Below are positions 8,401-15,355 of a stretch of DNA of 15,463 nt, one piece after another. Origin of the DNA: an uncultured bacterium (lineage in GTDB: Bacteria; Lernaellota; Lernaellaia; Lernaellales; Lernaellaceae). The notes below the pieces were generated by a model. That model had not been told where the DNA came from and ran no database searches. It was given only the letters and a program-made list of their open reading frames with translations. Position 1 is the stretch's first letter. The number at the start of each line of letters is the position of its first letter. Both the position numbers and the translations under genes were made by a program. Location of the stretch: positions 1 to 15,463 of the forward strand of contig CAZHPN010000149.1 in assembly GCA_964534375.1 (NCBI GenBank). The letters are read 5' to 3'.

Positions 8401-8615
8401 CGTTGTTCAGCACCTGGATTCCGACCCTGGTGCAAGACTTGTTGCCGTTGCTGCTCGCGTCGGTCAACAACTTCCCGATTCCGTCGATCGCGGGCTTCAC
8501 CTTCGACGTCACCTCCCTCGAGGCGGACGGCCCGAACACCGATTGGGTCGGCCTCTACGGTTCCCTCGCCCAAACGACCGACAAACAACGCGTCGTGGCG
8601 ACGCCCCGGCGGTAG
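5436..8615 (+). CDS. Large lipoprotein: poly-Asp linker, several Ig-like domains, C-terminal BPI/LBP/CETP-like two-domain region
   Basis: 1059-aa ORF with RBS and lipoprotein signal [21 protein letters not shown]. Thr/Val-rich beta-sandwich repeats with [22 protein letters not shown] motifs (~5730-7090). BPI-like motifs from ~7119 to the end (see findings). CDS certain, domain call inferred. Confidence 0.9.
   Translation: [1059 protein letters not shown]
5538..5720 (+). repeat. Coding low-complexity (GAC/AAC)n tract encoding a ~60-aa Asp/Asn-rich linker
   Basis: Runs of GACGACGACAAC encoding [33 protein letters not shown], interrupted by short Ser/Pro spacers. Confidence 0.95.
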
Positions 8616-8643
8616 CCCGCCGCTTCGCTCTGCGAACCATCCT

Positions 8644-8673
8644 GGGACCCGCCCGCGCGGGTCCCTTTTTGTT
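8644..8673 (+). terminator. Rho-independent terminator of the large lipoprotein gene
   Basis: Perfect 9-bp stem GGGACCCGC / GCGGGTCCC, 4-nt loop, followed by TTTTTGTT, about 30 nt after the stop. Confidence 0.9.
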
Positions 8674-8687
8674 GGCCGCGGCGACGG

Positions 8688-8716
8688 TTGGAAATCGCGC
8701 CGCGAATGCCTATCAT
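8688..8716 (+). promoter_or_regulatory. Sigma70-type promoter for the zinc-ribbon gene
   Basis: TTGGAA (8688-8693), 17-nt spacer, TATCAT (8711-8716), immediately after the terminator. Confidence 0.55.
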
Positions 8717-8758
8717 GGGGAACACCCACCAGCGCGCGGCGGCGCGGCGGAGGCTCAC

Positions 8759-9256
8759 GTGAACTGCCCGAATTGCGGCCGGAAGATGCCCGACGGCACG
8801 ATCGAATGCCCCAAATGCGTGGCCAGGAGCGCAAACTTGCAGGATCCGACGCCGATCGCGCCGACCCTGCGCGCCGGCAGCCCGTTGCTCGGCCTGGCGC
8901 TCGGCGCCGCGACGGCCGCGGCGGGCGCGGCCGGCTGGCTTTGGTTCAGCGCCACATTCGCGTCGCTACAGACCTGGCCGGCCATCGTCATCGGCGCCGC
9001 GGTCGGCATGGTCGTGCGCGCGACGGGCGGCCCCGAGGCGCAGGTCAAGGCCTTCATCGGCACGCTCTGCGGCGCCCTGGGCATTGGCGGCGGCGTCCTG
9101 ATGCTCCTGCTGCATTATCAGCTCAACGCCGACGAAATCGCCCGCGAAGCGGCGCAACTCCACAATCTCGCCTACCTCTTGATCGGCCTCTCCCTGGCCC
9201 GCTCACTCAGCGCCCCGAAAAACATCGGGTTGCCGCAAAAGCAGTTCGGGCGGTGA
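8759..9256 (+). CDS. Zinc-ribbon-containing membrane protein (hypothetical)
   Basis: Start reassigned to GTG 8759 (RBS GGAGG 8749-8753): MNCPNCGRKMPDGTIECPKC (CxxC-x10-CxxC) followed by about four Gly/Ala-rich hydrophobic segments. Confidence 0.8.
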   Translation: MNCPNCGRKMPDGTIECPKCVARSANLQDPTPIAPTLRAGSPLLGLALGAATAAAGAAGWLWFSATFASLQTWPAIVIGAAVGMVVRATGGPEAQVKAFIGTLCGALGIGGGVLMLLLHYQLNADEIAREAAQLHNLAYLLIGLSLARSLSAPKNIGLPQKQFGR

Positions 9257-9262
9257 ACGGGA

Positions 9263-9500
9263 TTATTGAGCCTGATTTTTAGGATTCGGCCGGCGCAAGA
9301 AAACTCGCGACAACGGCGAAGCGTCGTTGTCGTCATGATCATCGTTGTCGTCATCGGCCCCGTCGTAGTGCGACATTATGCCGCTGCCGGCGGCGAACAC
9401 ATCCGATATGCCGCCGGCCACGTCGTTCGCGAAGTTGTACGCATCGAACAACGCAACATCTTTCGAATTCGAATCAATCTCGCCGAAGCTCCGTGGTTGA
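9263..9500 (-). pseudogene. Probable remnant of a secreted repeat protein with an Asp-rich tail
   Basis: Minus frame reads ...VAGGISDVFAAGSGIMSHYDG-ADDDNDDHDDND..., resembling the WGxxxxDVFAVGxxGxIxHYDG propeller-type repeat plus a poly-Asp linker. No plausible start or signal peptide; the upstream part of the ORF overlaps sfrB antisense. Confidence 0.45.
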
Positions 9501-9530
9501 GCGCTTGGCCATTGTTCGCCGGCGCCGTTC

Positions 9531-9559
9531 TTGACGCTTAACCGCCGGGGTGCTACACC
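9531..9559 (+). promoter_or_regulatory. Putative promoter for sfrBA
   Basis: TTGACG (9531-9536), 17-nt spacer ending in TGC, then TACACC (extended -10-like TGnTACAC). Confidence 0.4.
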
Positions 9560-9616
9560 GAGGGCCGCAAACGCGGCGGTTCTTTCGCGAAATTCGCCGT
9601 CGCCGGCGGGGGCGTC

Positions 9617-11578
9617 GTGGGCCGGATTTACTTCAGTTGTTGGGGCGGGCGGCTGATCGACAACCGCGGCAAGCCGGCCGAGCAATGGGCCGCGCCGGCC
9701 GACCTCAAGCTGCCGTTCACCTTCAAGACGACCGACGATGTCCGCGCCTTCATGGGCTGGGACGGCTTCTTCCTGGCCGCCGACGGCGTGAGCGTCGTCG
9801 CCCTCTGCCGGGCCTACCTGGAGGCCGTGCAACGCGAGGCCAGTTGCGGCGAGTGCTTCCCGTGCCGCGTCGGCACGCGGATCGCGGCGGAGCTGCTCGC
9901 CCGGCTCTGCCAGGGCGTCGCCGTCGCCGGCGATCTGGCGCAACTGGAGCCGCTGTTGGCCGACATCGCGGCGGCGTCAAAATGCCAGGTCGGCCAGACG
10001 GCGCCGCGCCCGGTGCTAAAAGCCCTCGCGCATTTCCGCGACGAGTTCGCCGCGTGCGTCGGGTCGGGCCGGGCGATTCCGCCGGTGCAGCTTGTGACGC
10101 GCGTCGCGGCCCCGTGCCAGGAGGCGTGCCCGGCGCACCTCGATATCCCCATTTACGTGGAAGACGTCAAAAAGCGCCGCTACCTCGATTCCAGCGATAC
10201 GGCGCGGCTCAATTGCGTCATGCCCACCGTGCTCGGCCGCGTCTGCGTGCGGCCGTGCGAAGCGCATTGCCGCCGCGCGAACGTCGACGAGCCGATCCAT
10301 ATCAAATATCTCAAGCGGTTCGCCGCCGATTACGAGAAGCGGCTCGGCGCCCGGCCGCTCCGGCGCGCCGGGGCGCGCAGCGGCAAGCGCGTCGCCGTCA
10401 TCGGGGCCGGTCCGGCCGGCCTGGCGTGCGCGGAAAAGCTGGCGCAGGCCGGCCACGCGGTCGTCATCTTCGAGGCGCTCGCCGAGGGCGGGGGGATGGC
10501 CGCGGTCGGCATCCCCGATTATCGCCTGCCGCGCGAGGTGCTGCGGCGCGAGATTCGGCTCATTGAGGAACTCGGCGTCGAGATCAAATACAGCACGCGG
10601 CTGGGCGACCCGGGGTTCGGCTGGGCCGAGTTGCAGCAAATGGGCTTCGACGCCATCTTCCTCGGCGTCGGCGCGCACAACTCGAACAAGCTCGGGGCCG
10701 AGGGCGAGGACCAAGCGTACAAGGGCTTCGTGCATGGCGTCGCGTACCTGCGCGCGGTCGCCGAGGGCCGCGAGACGGTCGGCGGCAAGAAGATGGTCGT
10801 GGTCGGCGGCGGCAACGTCGCGATCGACTGCGTGCGCACCGCCTTGCGGCTGGGCTTCGACGACGTGCACATCATCTACCGCCGGTCGCGCAAGGAGATG
10901 CCCGCCGACGCGGTCGAAATCGCGGACGCCGAAGAGGAAGGCGTGCACTTCAACTTCCTCTGCAACCCGACCCGCCTGCTCGCCGACGCCGCGGGCCGGC
11001 TGACCGGCGTCGAATGCCTGCGCATGGAACTGGGCGAGCCCGACGCCTCCGGCCGGCGGCGGCCGTCGCCGAAGGCGGGCAGCGAATTCACGATCCCCAC
11101 CGACGTGCTGATCCCCGCCATTGGCCAGTCGCCGAACCTCGCCTTCCTGCAGGGCGCCGACAAGATCGGCGTCAGCAAATGGAGCACGATCGTCGCCGAC
11201 GGCTGCACGGGCGCGACGGGCCTGCCGGGCGTCTTCTCGGGCGGCGATTGCGTCACGGGCGCGGCGACGTTGATCGAGGCCGTGGCGGCCGGCAACCGCG
11301 CGGCGATCAGCATCGACCGCTACCTGCTGTGCCCGGCGCCGCCGGAACTTGACGATCGCCAGTGCATGGAGCGGCTGCTCGCGTCGATCAAGACGTACGA
11401 CCCGCAGGAGAAGATCGCATTGCCGAAAGGCCTGCCGCGGCAGGGCTTCGCGCATTTGCCGGTCGCGACCCGCATTCGCAATTTCGACGAGGTGGAAATG
11501 GTCATGAGCGCCAAGAACGCCGAGACCGAAGCCGCCCGTTGCCTGCGCTGCTTCCGCCTCGCGGGGGTCGTGTTGTGA
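9617..11578 (+). CDS. sfrB: NADPH-dependent FAD/Fe-S oxidoreductase beta subunit (SfrB-type; GltD-like with N-terminal NuoF-like 4Fe-4S domain)
   Basis: N-terminal FSCWGG..IDNR and AFMGWDG match Geobacter SfrB as I recall it; SCGECFPCRVG..KC cluster; GltD-type APCQEACPAHLDIP and GRVCVRPCEAHCRR; FAD GAGPAG; NADPH-type GGGNVAID and YRRSRKEMPA; C-terminal EAARCLRC. Confidence 0.88.
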   Translation: MGRIYFSCWGGRLIDNRGKPAEQWAAPADLKLPFTFKTTDDVRAFMGWDGFFLAADGVSVVALCRAYLEAVQREASCGECFPCRVGTRIAAELLARLCQGVAVAGDLAQLEPLLADIAAASKCQVGQTAPRPVLKALAHFRDEFAACVGSGRAIPPVQLVTRVAAPCQEACPAHLDIPIYVEDVKKRRYLDSSDTARLNCVMPTVLGRVCVRPCEAHCRRANVDEPIHIKYLKRFAADYEKRLGARPLRRAGARSGKRVAVIGAGPAGLACAEKLAQAGHAVVIFEALAEGGGMAAVGIPDYRLPREVLRREIRLIEELGVEIKYSTRLGDPGFGWAELQQMGFDAIFLGVGAHNSNKLGAEGEDQAYKGFVHGVAYLRAVAEGRETVGGKKMVVVGGGNVAIDCVRTALRLGFDDVHIIYRRSRKEMPADAVEIADAEEEGVHFNFLCNPTRLLADAAGRLTGVECLRMELGEPDASGRRRPSPKAGSEFTIPTDVLIPAIGQSPNLAFLQGADKIGVSKWSTIVADGCTGATGLPGVFSGGDCVTGAATLIEAVAAGNRAAISIDRYLLCPAPPELDDRQCMERLLASIKTYDPQEKIALPKGLPRQGFAHLPVATRIRNFDEVEMVMSAKNAETEAARCLRCFRLAGVVL

Positions 11579-14058
11579 AAACCAACCCCACCGTCAACCT
11601 GACGATCGACGGCCGGCCGGCGGCCGTGCCCTTCGGCGCGACGATCCTCGACGCGGCGCGCGAGGCCGGCGTGCGCATCCCGCATTTGTGCAAGCACCCG
11701 TGGATCCACCGCCTCGCCAGTTGCCGGTTGTGCCTGGTGAAAGTCGCCGGCGTCGACGGCGTGGTCGCCGCCTGCACGACGCCCGTCGCCGAGGGCATGA
11801 ACGTCACGGCCAATGACGACGACCTGCTGCGCCGCCGCCGCCAGCAAATGCAGTTCATTTTGCTGAACCACCCGCTCGACTGCCCGGTCTGCGACAAGGG
11901 CGGCGAGTGCAAACTGCAAGACCTGACCTACGAACTGGGCGTCGCTGACGTGCCGTTCCGCGCGCGTATCGGCGAGCAACGCATCGACAAACTCAGCCCG
12001 CTAATCGAGCGCAACGACGAACGCTGCATACGCTGCGGGCGCTGCGTCGCCGTGTGCGAAGAGGTGCAAGCGGTCGGCGCGTACAAATTCGCCGGCCGCG
12101 GCTACGACGTGCGCATCGACACCAAAACCGGCGGGCCGCTCGACTGCGAATTCTGCGGCCAGTGCGTCGCGATTTGCCCGGTCGGCGCGCTGCTGTCGAA
12201 GCAATTCAAGCACCAGGCGCGGGTGTGGGAACTCACGCACACCACGACCGCCTGCGGCTATTGCGGCGCCGGCTGCCAGCTCGAACTTGAAACGCGGCGC
12301 GGGCGCATCTTCCGCGTCGAGAGCGATCGCAAGCGTTCGCTCAACCACGGCCAGCTCTGCGTGCGCGGCCGCTTCGGCTGGGATTTCACGCACGACTCGC
12401 GCCGCGCGGCCTCGCCGCTGATCCGCCGCGGCGGGGAATTGGCCCCGGCGACGTGGGACGAAGCGCTCGACGCGGTCGCCGACGGGGTTCGCCACGCGCT
12501 GGCCGGCGGCGGGCCCGAGGCGGTGGCGGCGCTGGCGAGCGCGCGGCTGCCGGTGGAAGACATCTGGGCGCTGGGACAATTGTTTGGCGCGTCGCGGACG
12601 GCCGTCGCGGGGCAGGACGCTTACGCGGCTGCGCTGCGGATCGTGCGCGAGCGCCTCGGCCATTTCGGCTCGACCGCGACCTTCGCCGATCTGCGCGAGG
12701 CCGACGCGATTTTGCTGCTCGGCTCCGATCTCGCGGCGGAAATGCCGGTGCCGCATCTGGCCGCGCTGGCGGCCTCGCGCGAGGGTGACGCGCGGCTCGT
12801 CGTCGCGCATCCGACGCCGACCAAGCTCGAGCGCTTCGCGACCGCGCGGCTGCGCTTCCGGCCCGGCGCGGCCGACGCCACGCTGCTGCTGCTCCTGCGC
12901 GAATTGGTCGAGCAAAAAGGCCAACGCGTCGATTTCATCATGAAGCACACCGACGGGTTCGCGGTGTTCAAGGCGGGGCTGGATCGGCTCGACGTCGCCG
13001 ACTTGTGCGCGAGGACCGGCCTCGCCGTCGACGACGTGCGCGCGGCGGCCGCCGCGCTGGCCGGCGCGCAGCGGCCCGTCGCCGTGCTCGGCCCGCAGGC
13101 GCTGGCCGGGGCGCGCGCCAGCGCCGTCACGGGTCTGGCGATCGACCTGCTGCTGGCGCTGGGAAATGTGGAAACGGGTTTGCTGCTTTCCGCCGACCGC
13201 TGCAATCTGGCCGGCAGCATGCTGGCCGGCGCGGCGGGCAGCTCGGCCGGGGTGATCGAAGCGGGCATGGCCGGCCGGCTCGGCGCGTTGTTCATCTGCG
13301 GCGGCGATCCGCTGGTGTACGGCCTCGGCGCCGATCAGTTGCGCAAGGCGATGGAGGTCACTGGCTTCGTCGTCGCGTGCGATTCCTTCGCCGGCGAAAC
13401 GGCGAAGAAGGCCCACGTTTTCTTGCCGACGACGACCTTCGCCGAGCGCGACGGCACGTATGTTTCGGCCGAGAACCGCGCCTTGACGTTGACACCCGCC
13501 GTGCCGCCGCTGGCCGGAGCGTGGCCCGAGTGCAAGATCGTCGGCGAACTCGCGAAGCGCCTGGGAAAACCCGCGCCGGCCGAAACGCTGGCCGAGGGAG
13601 AAATCGCTCATTCTCTGTTCGGCGCTGCGGCGGCTCCGCGTGAGGCTCGGCATTTGGCGGCGTTCCTGCCGCGGCTGAAAATGCCTGCGGACGGCAAATT
13701 CCACTTTGGTGAACTGCCCGTCGCCGCCGAACCCCCGCACGGCGATTTGCTCCTCGTCGTCGGCCCGATCTTCCAGCACAACGGTTCGTTATCGGGGTGG
13801 TCGAAGGCGATTGCGCAGGTGGCTGCGGCGCCCTTCATCGAACTGCACCCCGCCGACGCCGTCCGGCGCGGCCTGCGCGCCGGCGACCGCGCGCGCGTCG
13901 CCGCCGACGGCGTCGAACTCACGGCGGCCGTGCGCCTCAACGACGCGCTGACGCCCGGAGTCGCGTTCGCCCCGCCGCACTTCGCCGCCTTCCCGGCCGG
14001 CCGGCTGCTGCGCGACGCGCCTTACGCGGCAGTCACAGTGGCGAAGCAGAGCGGGTGA
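11575..14058 (+). CDS. sfrA: SfrA-type / NuoG-like Fe-S subunit with molybdopterin-oxidoreductase fold
   Basis: Start reassigned to GTG 11575 (GTGA overlap with the sfrB stop). 2Fe-2S motif LC..ASCRLC..AC, NHPLDCPVCDKGGEC, CIRCGRCVAVC / CEFCGQCVAICPVGAL, CGYCGAGC..LCVRGRFG, PTTTFAERDGT, C-terminal IELHPADA domain. Confidence 0.88.
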   Translation: MKTNPTVNLTIDGRPAAVPFGATILDAAREAGVRIPHLCKHPWIHRLASCRLCLVKVAGVDGVVAACTTPVAEGMNVTANDDDLLRRRRQQMQFILLNHPLDCPVCDKGGECKLQDLTYELGVADVPFRARIGEQRIDKLSPLIERNDERCIRCGRCVAVCEEVQAVGAYKFAGRGYDVRIDTKTGGPLDCEFCGQCVAICPVGALLSKQFKHQARVWELTHTTTACGYCGAGCQLELETRRGRIFRVESDRKRSLNHGQLCVRGRFGWDFTHDSRRAASPLIRRGGELAPATWDEALDAVADGVRHALAGGGPEAVAALASARLPVEDIWALGQLFGASRTAVAGQDAYAAALRIVRERLGHFGSTATFADLREADAILLLGSDLAAEMPVPHLAALAASREGDARLVVAHPTPTKLERFATARLRFRPGAADATLLLLLRELVEQKGQRVDFIMKHTDGFAVFKAGLDRLDVADLCARTGLAVDDVRAAAAALAGAQRPVAVLGPQALAGARASAVTGLAIDLLLALGNVETGLLLSADRCNLAGSMLAGAAGSSAGVIEAGMAGRLGALFICGGDPLVYGLGADQLRKAMEVTGFVVACDSFAGETAKKAHVFLPTTTFAERDGTYVSAENRALTLTPAVPPLAGAWPECKIVGELAKRLGKPAPAETLAEGEIAHSLFGAAAAPREARHLAAFLPRLKMPADGKFHFGELPVAAEPPHGDLLLVVGPIFQHNGSLSGWSKAIAQVAAAPFIELHPADAVRRGLRAGDRARVAADGVELTAAVRLNDALTPGVAFAPPHFAAFPAGRLLRDAPYAAVTVAKQSG

Positions 14059-14072
14059 GAGGCGCGGCCGGC

Positions 14073-14155
14073 GAAGACAGAAGTCAGAAATCAGAAGTCG
14101 GAACTCGGAAACGGGAAGTCAGACCGCCCAAATCCCCAATCCCCAATCCCCAATC
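14073..14155. repeat. Two adjacent heptamer tandem arrays between convergent genes
   Basis: Seven GAAGTCA-like units (14073-14121: GAAGACA GAAGTCA GAAATCA GAAGTCG GAACTCG GAAACGG GAAGTCA) then CCAAATC(CCCAATC)3 (14128-14155). Confidence 0.9.
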
Positions 14156-14159
14156 CGCA

Positions 14160-14555
14160 TCACTTCTCGGCGCAGGTCCATTTCTCTTCGACGCGGTCGT
14201 ACGTCGCGTTCCAGCGGAAGACGACTTCGGCCGATTGACCCGTGCGGACGGCCGCGTCGCGAGTCTGGTCGGGGCACGGCACGCACTTCTTGAAGGCGCA
14301 GGCTTCGACGTTTTTGACGACAACGGTGTAGCTTTCGGGCGGCAATTTCTTGACGAGCGTCGTCTTGCGGCCCCACGCTTCGACCGTGGGCGCCGTGGCG
14401 CCGATGTCGCCGACGATCTTGTTGAGCATGTCGGGGCCGGCGCGCTGACTGAGGATCAGAAACACGCGCAACTCGCCGTCGGTGCTCTCGGCGTGCAGCA
14501 CGCCGGCGAGAAACACCAACAACCAAGCCGCCCAGAGCCATCGACTTCGCGCCAT
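14160..14555 (-). CDS. Small exported hypothetical protein with four cysteines
   Basis: Signal peptide MARSRWLWAAWLLVFLAGVLHA; mature region beta-rich with CAFKKCVPC and a C-terminal WTCAEK; third codon positions are GC-rich in this frame. Confidence 0.75.
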   Translation of the reverse strand: MARSRWLWAAWLLVFLAGVLHAESTDGELRVFLILSQRAGPDMLNKIVGDIGATAPTVEAWGRKTTLVKKLPPESYTVVVKNVEACAFKKCVPCPDQTRDAAVRTGQSAEVVFRWNATYDRVEEKWTCAEK

Positions 14556-14606
14556 GCGCCAACCATACGCGCGCGAATGCCGCGGCTCAAGAGGGCGGGA
14601 AACAGC

Positions 14607-15095
14607 TCACGGATTCGGCCGCAGGATCAGCGGCGGGCGCGGGGCCTGGGTGAAATCGAAGTCCGCCAGCAGATCGCCGAGTGTCGGCACGTTCTCGCGG
14701 ACGTTTCGCCGCGCGTCGGGGCGGCCGTCGGTTTTCGGATCGAGGCGTTGGCCGTTGAGGAACAGGTCTTCGATGAATTTGGGGTAGACGTCAAAGCTCA
14801 ACACCTGGTGGTCGATGGTTCCCTTTTTCGCGTAAGGGCCGATCGCCAGACCCGGCACGCGAATGCCGTGGCCGGCGCCGTCCACGTTCGGCGGCGGCAC
14901 GTGGTCGTAGAAGCCGCCCCAGTCGTCCCACGCGAGAAATATCGCCGATTCGCTCCACTGCGGGCCGGACATCACGGCGTTGATCAGTTTGGTGACATAC
15001 GCCTGGCCAACCCGGACGCTGGCCGGCGGATGCTCGCTGACCTCGTTGTTCGGCACGATCCAGCAGACGGCGGGCAGGGCGTCGTTCTTGCGGTG
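14607..15095 (-). pseudogene. C-terminal part of a phosphoesterase (phospholipase C / acid phosphatase family); N-terminus missing
   Basis: LPAVCWIVP..SEHPP..GQAYVTKLINAVMSGPQWSESAIFLAWDDWGGFYDHVPPP..GIRVPGLAIGPYAK are family hallmarks. Upstream of ~15095 I see no family-like sequence in any minus frame and no ENRSFD-type catalytic motif. Confidence 0.8.
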
Positions 15096-15261
15096 CAAGG
15101 CGTCGCTAAAGCAGGGCGGGCGCCTGCTTGTGGTGGTCGGCACGCTGGGCGAAATGCTGGCGGCGCCCTGGGCGTCGCTGACCAGTGGCCGCAAGGTCCT
15201 CGCCGGCGGCGGCAATTGGCGGCCGGAGGACCTGAGCACTCTCGCCGGCCTGGCCGAAGGG

Positions 15262-15288
15262 ATGGGACGTATGGGATCGATGGGACCT
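15262..15288. repeat. Nonamer tandem repeat (ATGGGANNN)3
   Basis: ATGGGACGT ATGGGATCG ATGGGACCT. Confidence 0.7.
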
Positions 15289-15310
15289 GTCCTCGATTCC
15301 CCCGACTCTG

Positions 15311-15355
15311 TGTGACTCGAGCCCTCGACCTCGCTCTCTTCGGGTTTGAGTCGCA
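15311..15355 (+). repeat. 14-bp imperfect inverted repeat
   Basis: TGTGACTCGAGCCC (15311-15324) pairs with GGGTTTGAGTCGCA (15342-15355); the three non-Watson-Crick positions are all G-U on the + strand; 17-nt loop. Confidence 0.6.

Noticed and set aside
7329..8834. 501-aa minus ORF and other ORFs overlapping the large lipoprotein
   Set aside because: Antisense shadows; the + frame has the signal peptide, RBS, promoter and terminator.
11362..11574. N-terminal extension of the 898-aa ORF, and similar extensions at 3278-3340, 3428-3466 and 8543-8758
   Set aside because: Downstream starts have RBS or stop-start coupling and coincide with the first recognisable domain or signal peptide.
9550..13779. 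Long alternative ORFs (338, 479 and 592 aa) across sfrBA
   Set aside because: Frame or antisense artefacts of very GC-rich coding sequence.
11575..14058. Calling this a (seleno)formate dehydrogenase alpha subunit or hydrogenase
   Set aside because: No catalytic Cys/Sec-His motif, no in-frame TGA and no H-cluster motifs.
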